Below are positions 31,581-32,000 of a DNA stretch of 32,000 bases, piece by piece. The translations under genes were made by a program, and so were the position numbers. Every line of letters starts with the position of its first letter. Within the stretch, counting starts at the first letter, position 1. Origin of the DNA: Alistipes sp. i18-0019-D1 (GTDB taxonomy: Bacteria; Bacteroidota; Bacteroidia; Bacteroidales; Rikenellaceae). Where the stretch lies: contig NZ_AP031424.1 in NCBI RefSeq assembly GCF_042852885.1, positions 871,414 through 903,413 on the forward strand, written 5' to 3'. Below the pieces are notes generated by a model. That model had not been told where the DNA came from, did no database searches, and worked only from the letters and a program-made list of their open reading frames with translations.

Positions 31581-32000
31581 ATGAAACTCGATAGATTCTT
31601 TTTAATCCGGCTGCTGCGCATCCTGCTCCTGCTGCCGCTCGTAACGGGCTGTAAAAGCGACGACACCGCACAGGACCCATTCCAAAAGGGAAAGCTGGTC
31701 ACCGACCTCTATATCCCGGGCACGACCTTCTACACCTCGACCGTCAGCGAACTGACCATCCAAGGCAAAGGGTTCCGGCCGGGCGACGCGCTGTACCTGC
31801 GCAGCGAGGACCGCGAAGACACGCCGCTGACGCTGAAGGCCCTCGACGCGGCCTACGTCACCTTCGCCGTTCCGCAGCAGATCGAAACGGCCGAATACAC
31901 GTTGATCCTTCTCCGCGGGACGCAGGAACAACCGCTCGGCATACTGAATTTCCGCCAGAGCATCAACCTCGACGTCCCCGACAAGGACCTGATGACCATC
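31581..32000 (+). CDS. Lipoprotein, 3' end cut by window edge; N-terminal Ig/IPT-like domain
   Basis: The ATG at 31581 opens a frame with no stop up to nt 32000 (140 codons), which is why it is missing from the ORF track. Signal LLLLPLVTGC followed by KSDD (surface-export-type). High-GC3 codon usage like neighbouring genes. The segment ELTIQGKGFRPGDALYL...VTFAVP resembles IPT/TIG folds. Confidence 0.6.
   Translation, partial: MKLDRFFLIRLLRILLLLPLVTGCKSDDTAQDPFQKGKLVTDLYIPGTTFYTSTVSELTIQGKGFRPGDALYLRSEDREDTPLTLKALDAAYVTFAVPQQIETAEYTLILLRGTQEQPLGILNFRQSINLDVPDKDLMTI

Noticed and set aside
22271-32000. The PUL downstream of tRNA(CAT), considered as a tRNA-targeted genomic island.
   Set aside because: No integrase, no direct repeat of the tRNA 3' end within the window, and no compositional break relative to neighbouring genes.

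Overview
High-GC Bacteroidota chromosomal window. This is supported directly by a SusC/SusD pair, an ECF-sigma/anti-sigma module, lipoprotein signal peptides with acidic post-Cys export signals, AT-rich leaders without Shine-Dalgarno sequences, and exact TAnnTTTG -7 boxes upstream of most transcription units. The composition suggests an Alistipes/Rikenellaceae-like genome, but that is inference only.

Left arm (+ strand): a 5'-truncated FadL/TodX-type outer-membrane barrel, a stand-alone tRNA-Arg(CCT), L-serine dehydratase, and a multidomain PL1 pectate-lyase lipoprotein.

Centre (- strand, 5.3-18.6 kb): the conserved block tRNA-Thr/Tyr/Gly - tuf - tRNA-Trp - secE - nusG - rplK - rplA - rplJ - rplL - rpoB - rpoC.

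Right arm: a GNAT acetyltransferase, an AraC-family regulator, a coiled-coil lipoprotein, L31 type B and a tRNA(CAT). These are followed by a trans-envelope-signalling polysaccharide utilisation locus: ECF sigma, FecR-type anti-sigma, STN-domain SusC, SusD, a BACON-type lipoprotein, and one more lipoprotein cut by the window end.

I saw no CRISPR array, integrase/transposase, toxin-antitoxin pair or recognisable defence gene, and I do not see a convincing new multi-gene system. The best second-look items are mostly RNA-level:
- a minus-strand intrinsic terminator plus a -7 box between the anti-sigma and susC genes (candidate DonS-like antisense sRNA);
- an unusually long, structured, repeat-bearing spacer inside the tRNA operon;
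- absence of the tRNA-Thr expected just upstream of tuf;
- a tRNA(CAT) with a non-canonical T arm;
- an AraC regulator with an N-terminal CX3CX2C motif;
- a PUL of unknown substrate.

The very long antisense ORFs in the track (up to 1388 aa) are GC3 shadow frames, not genes.
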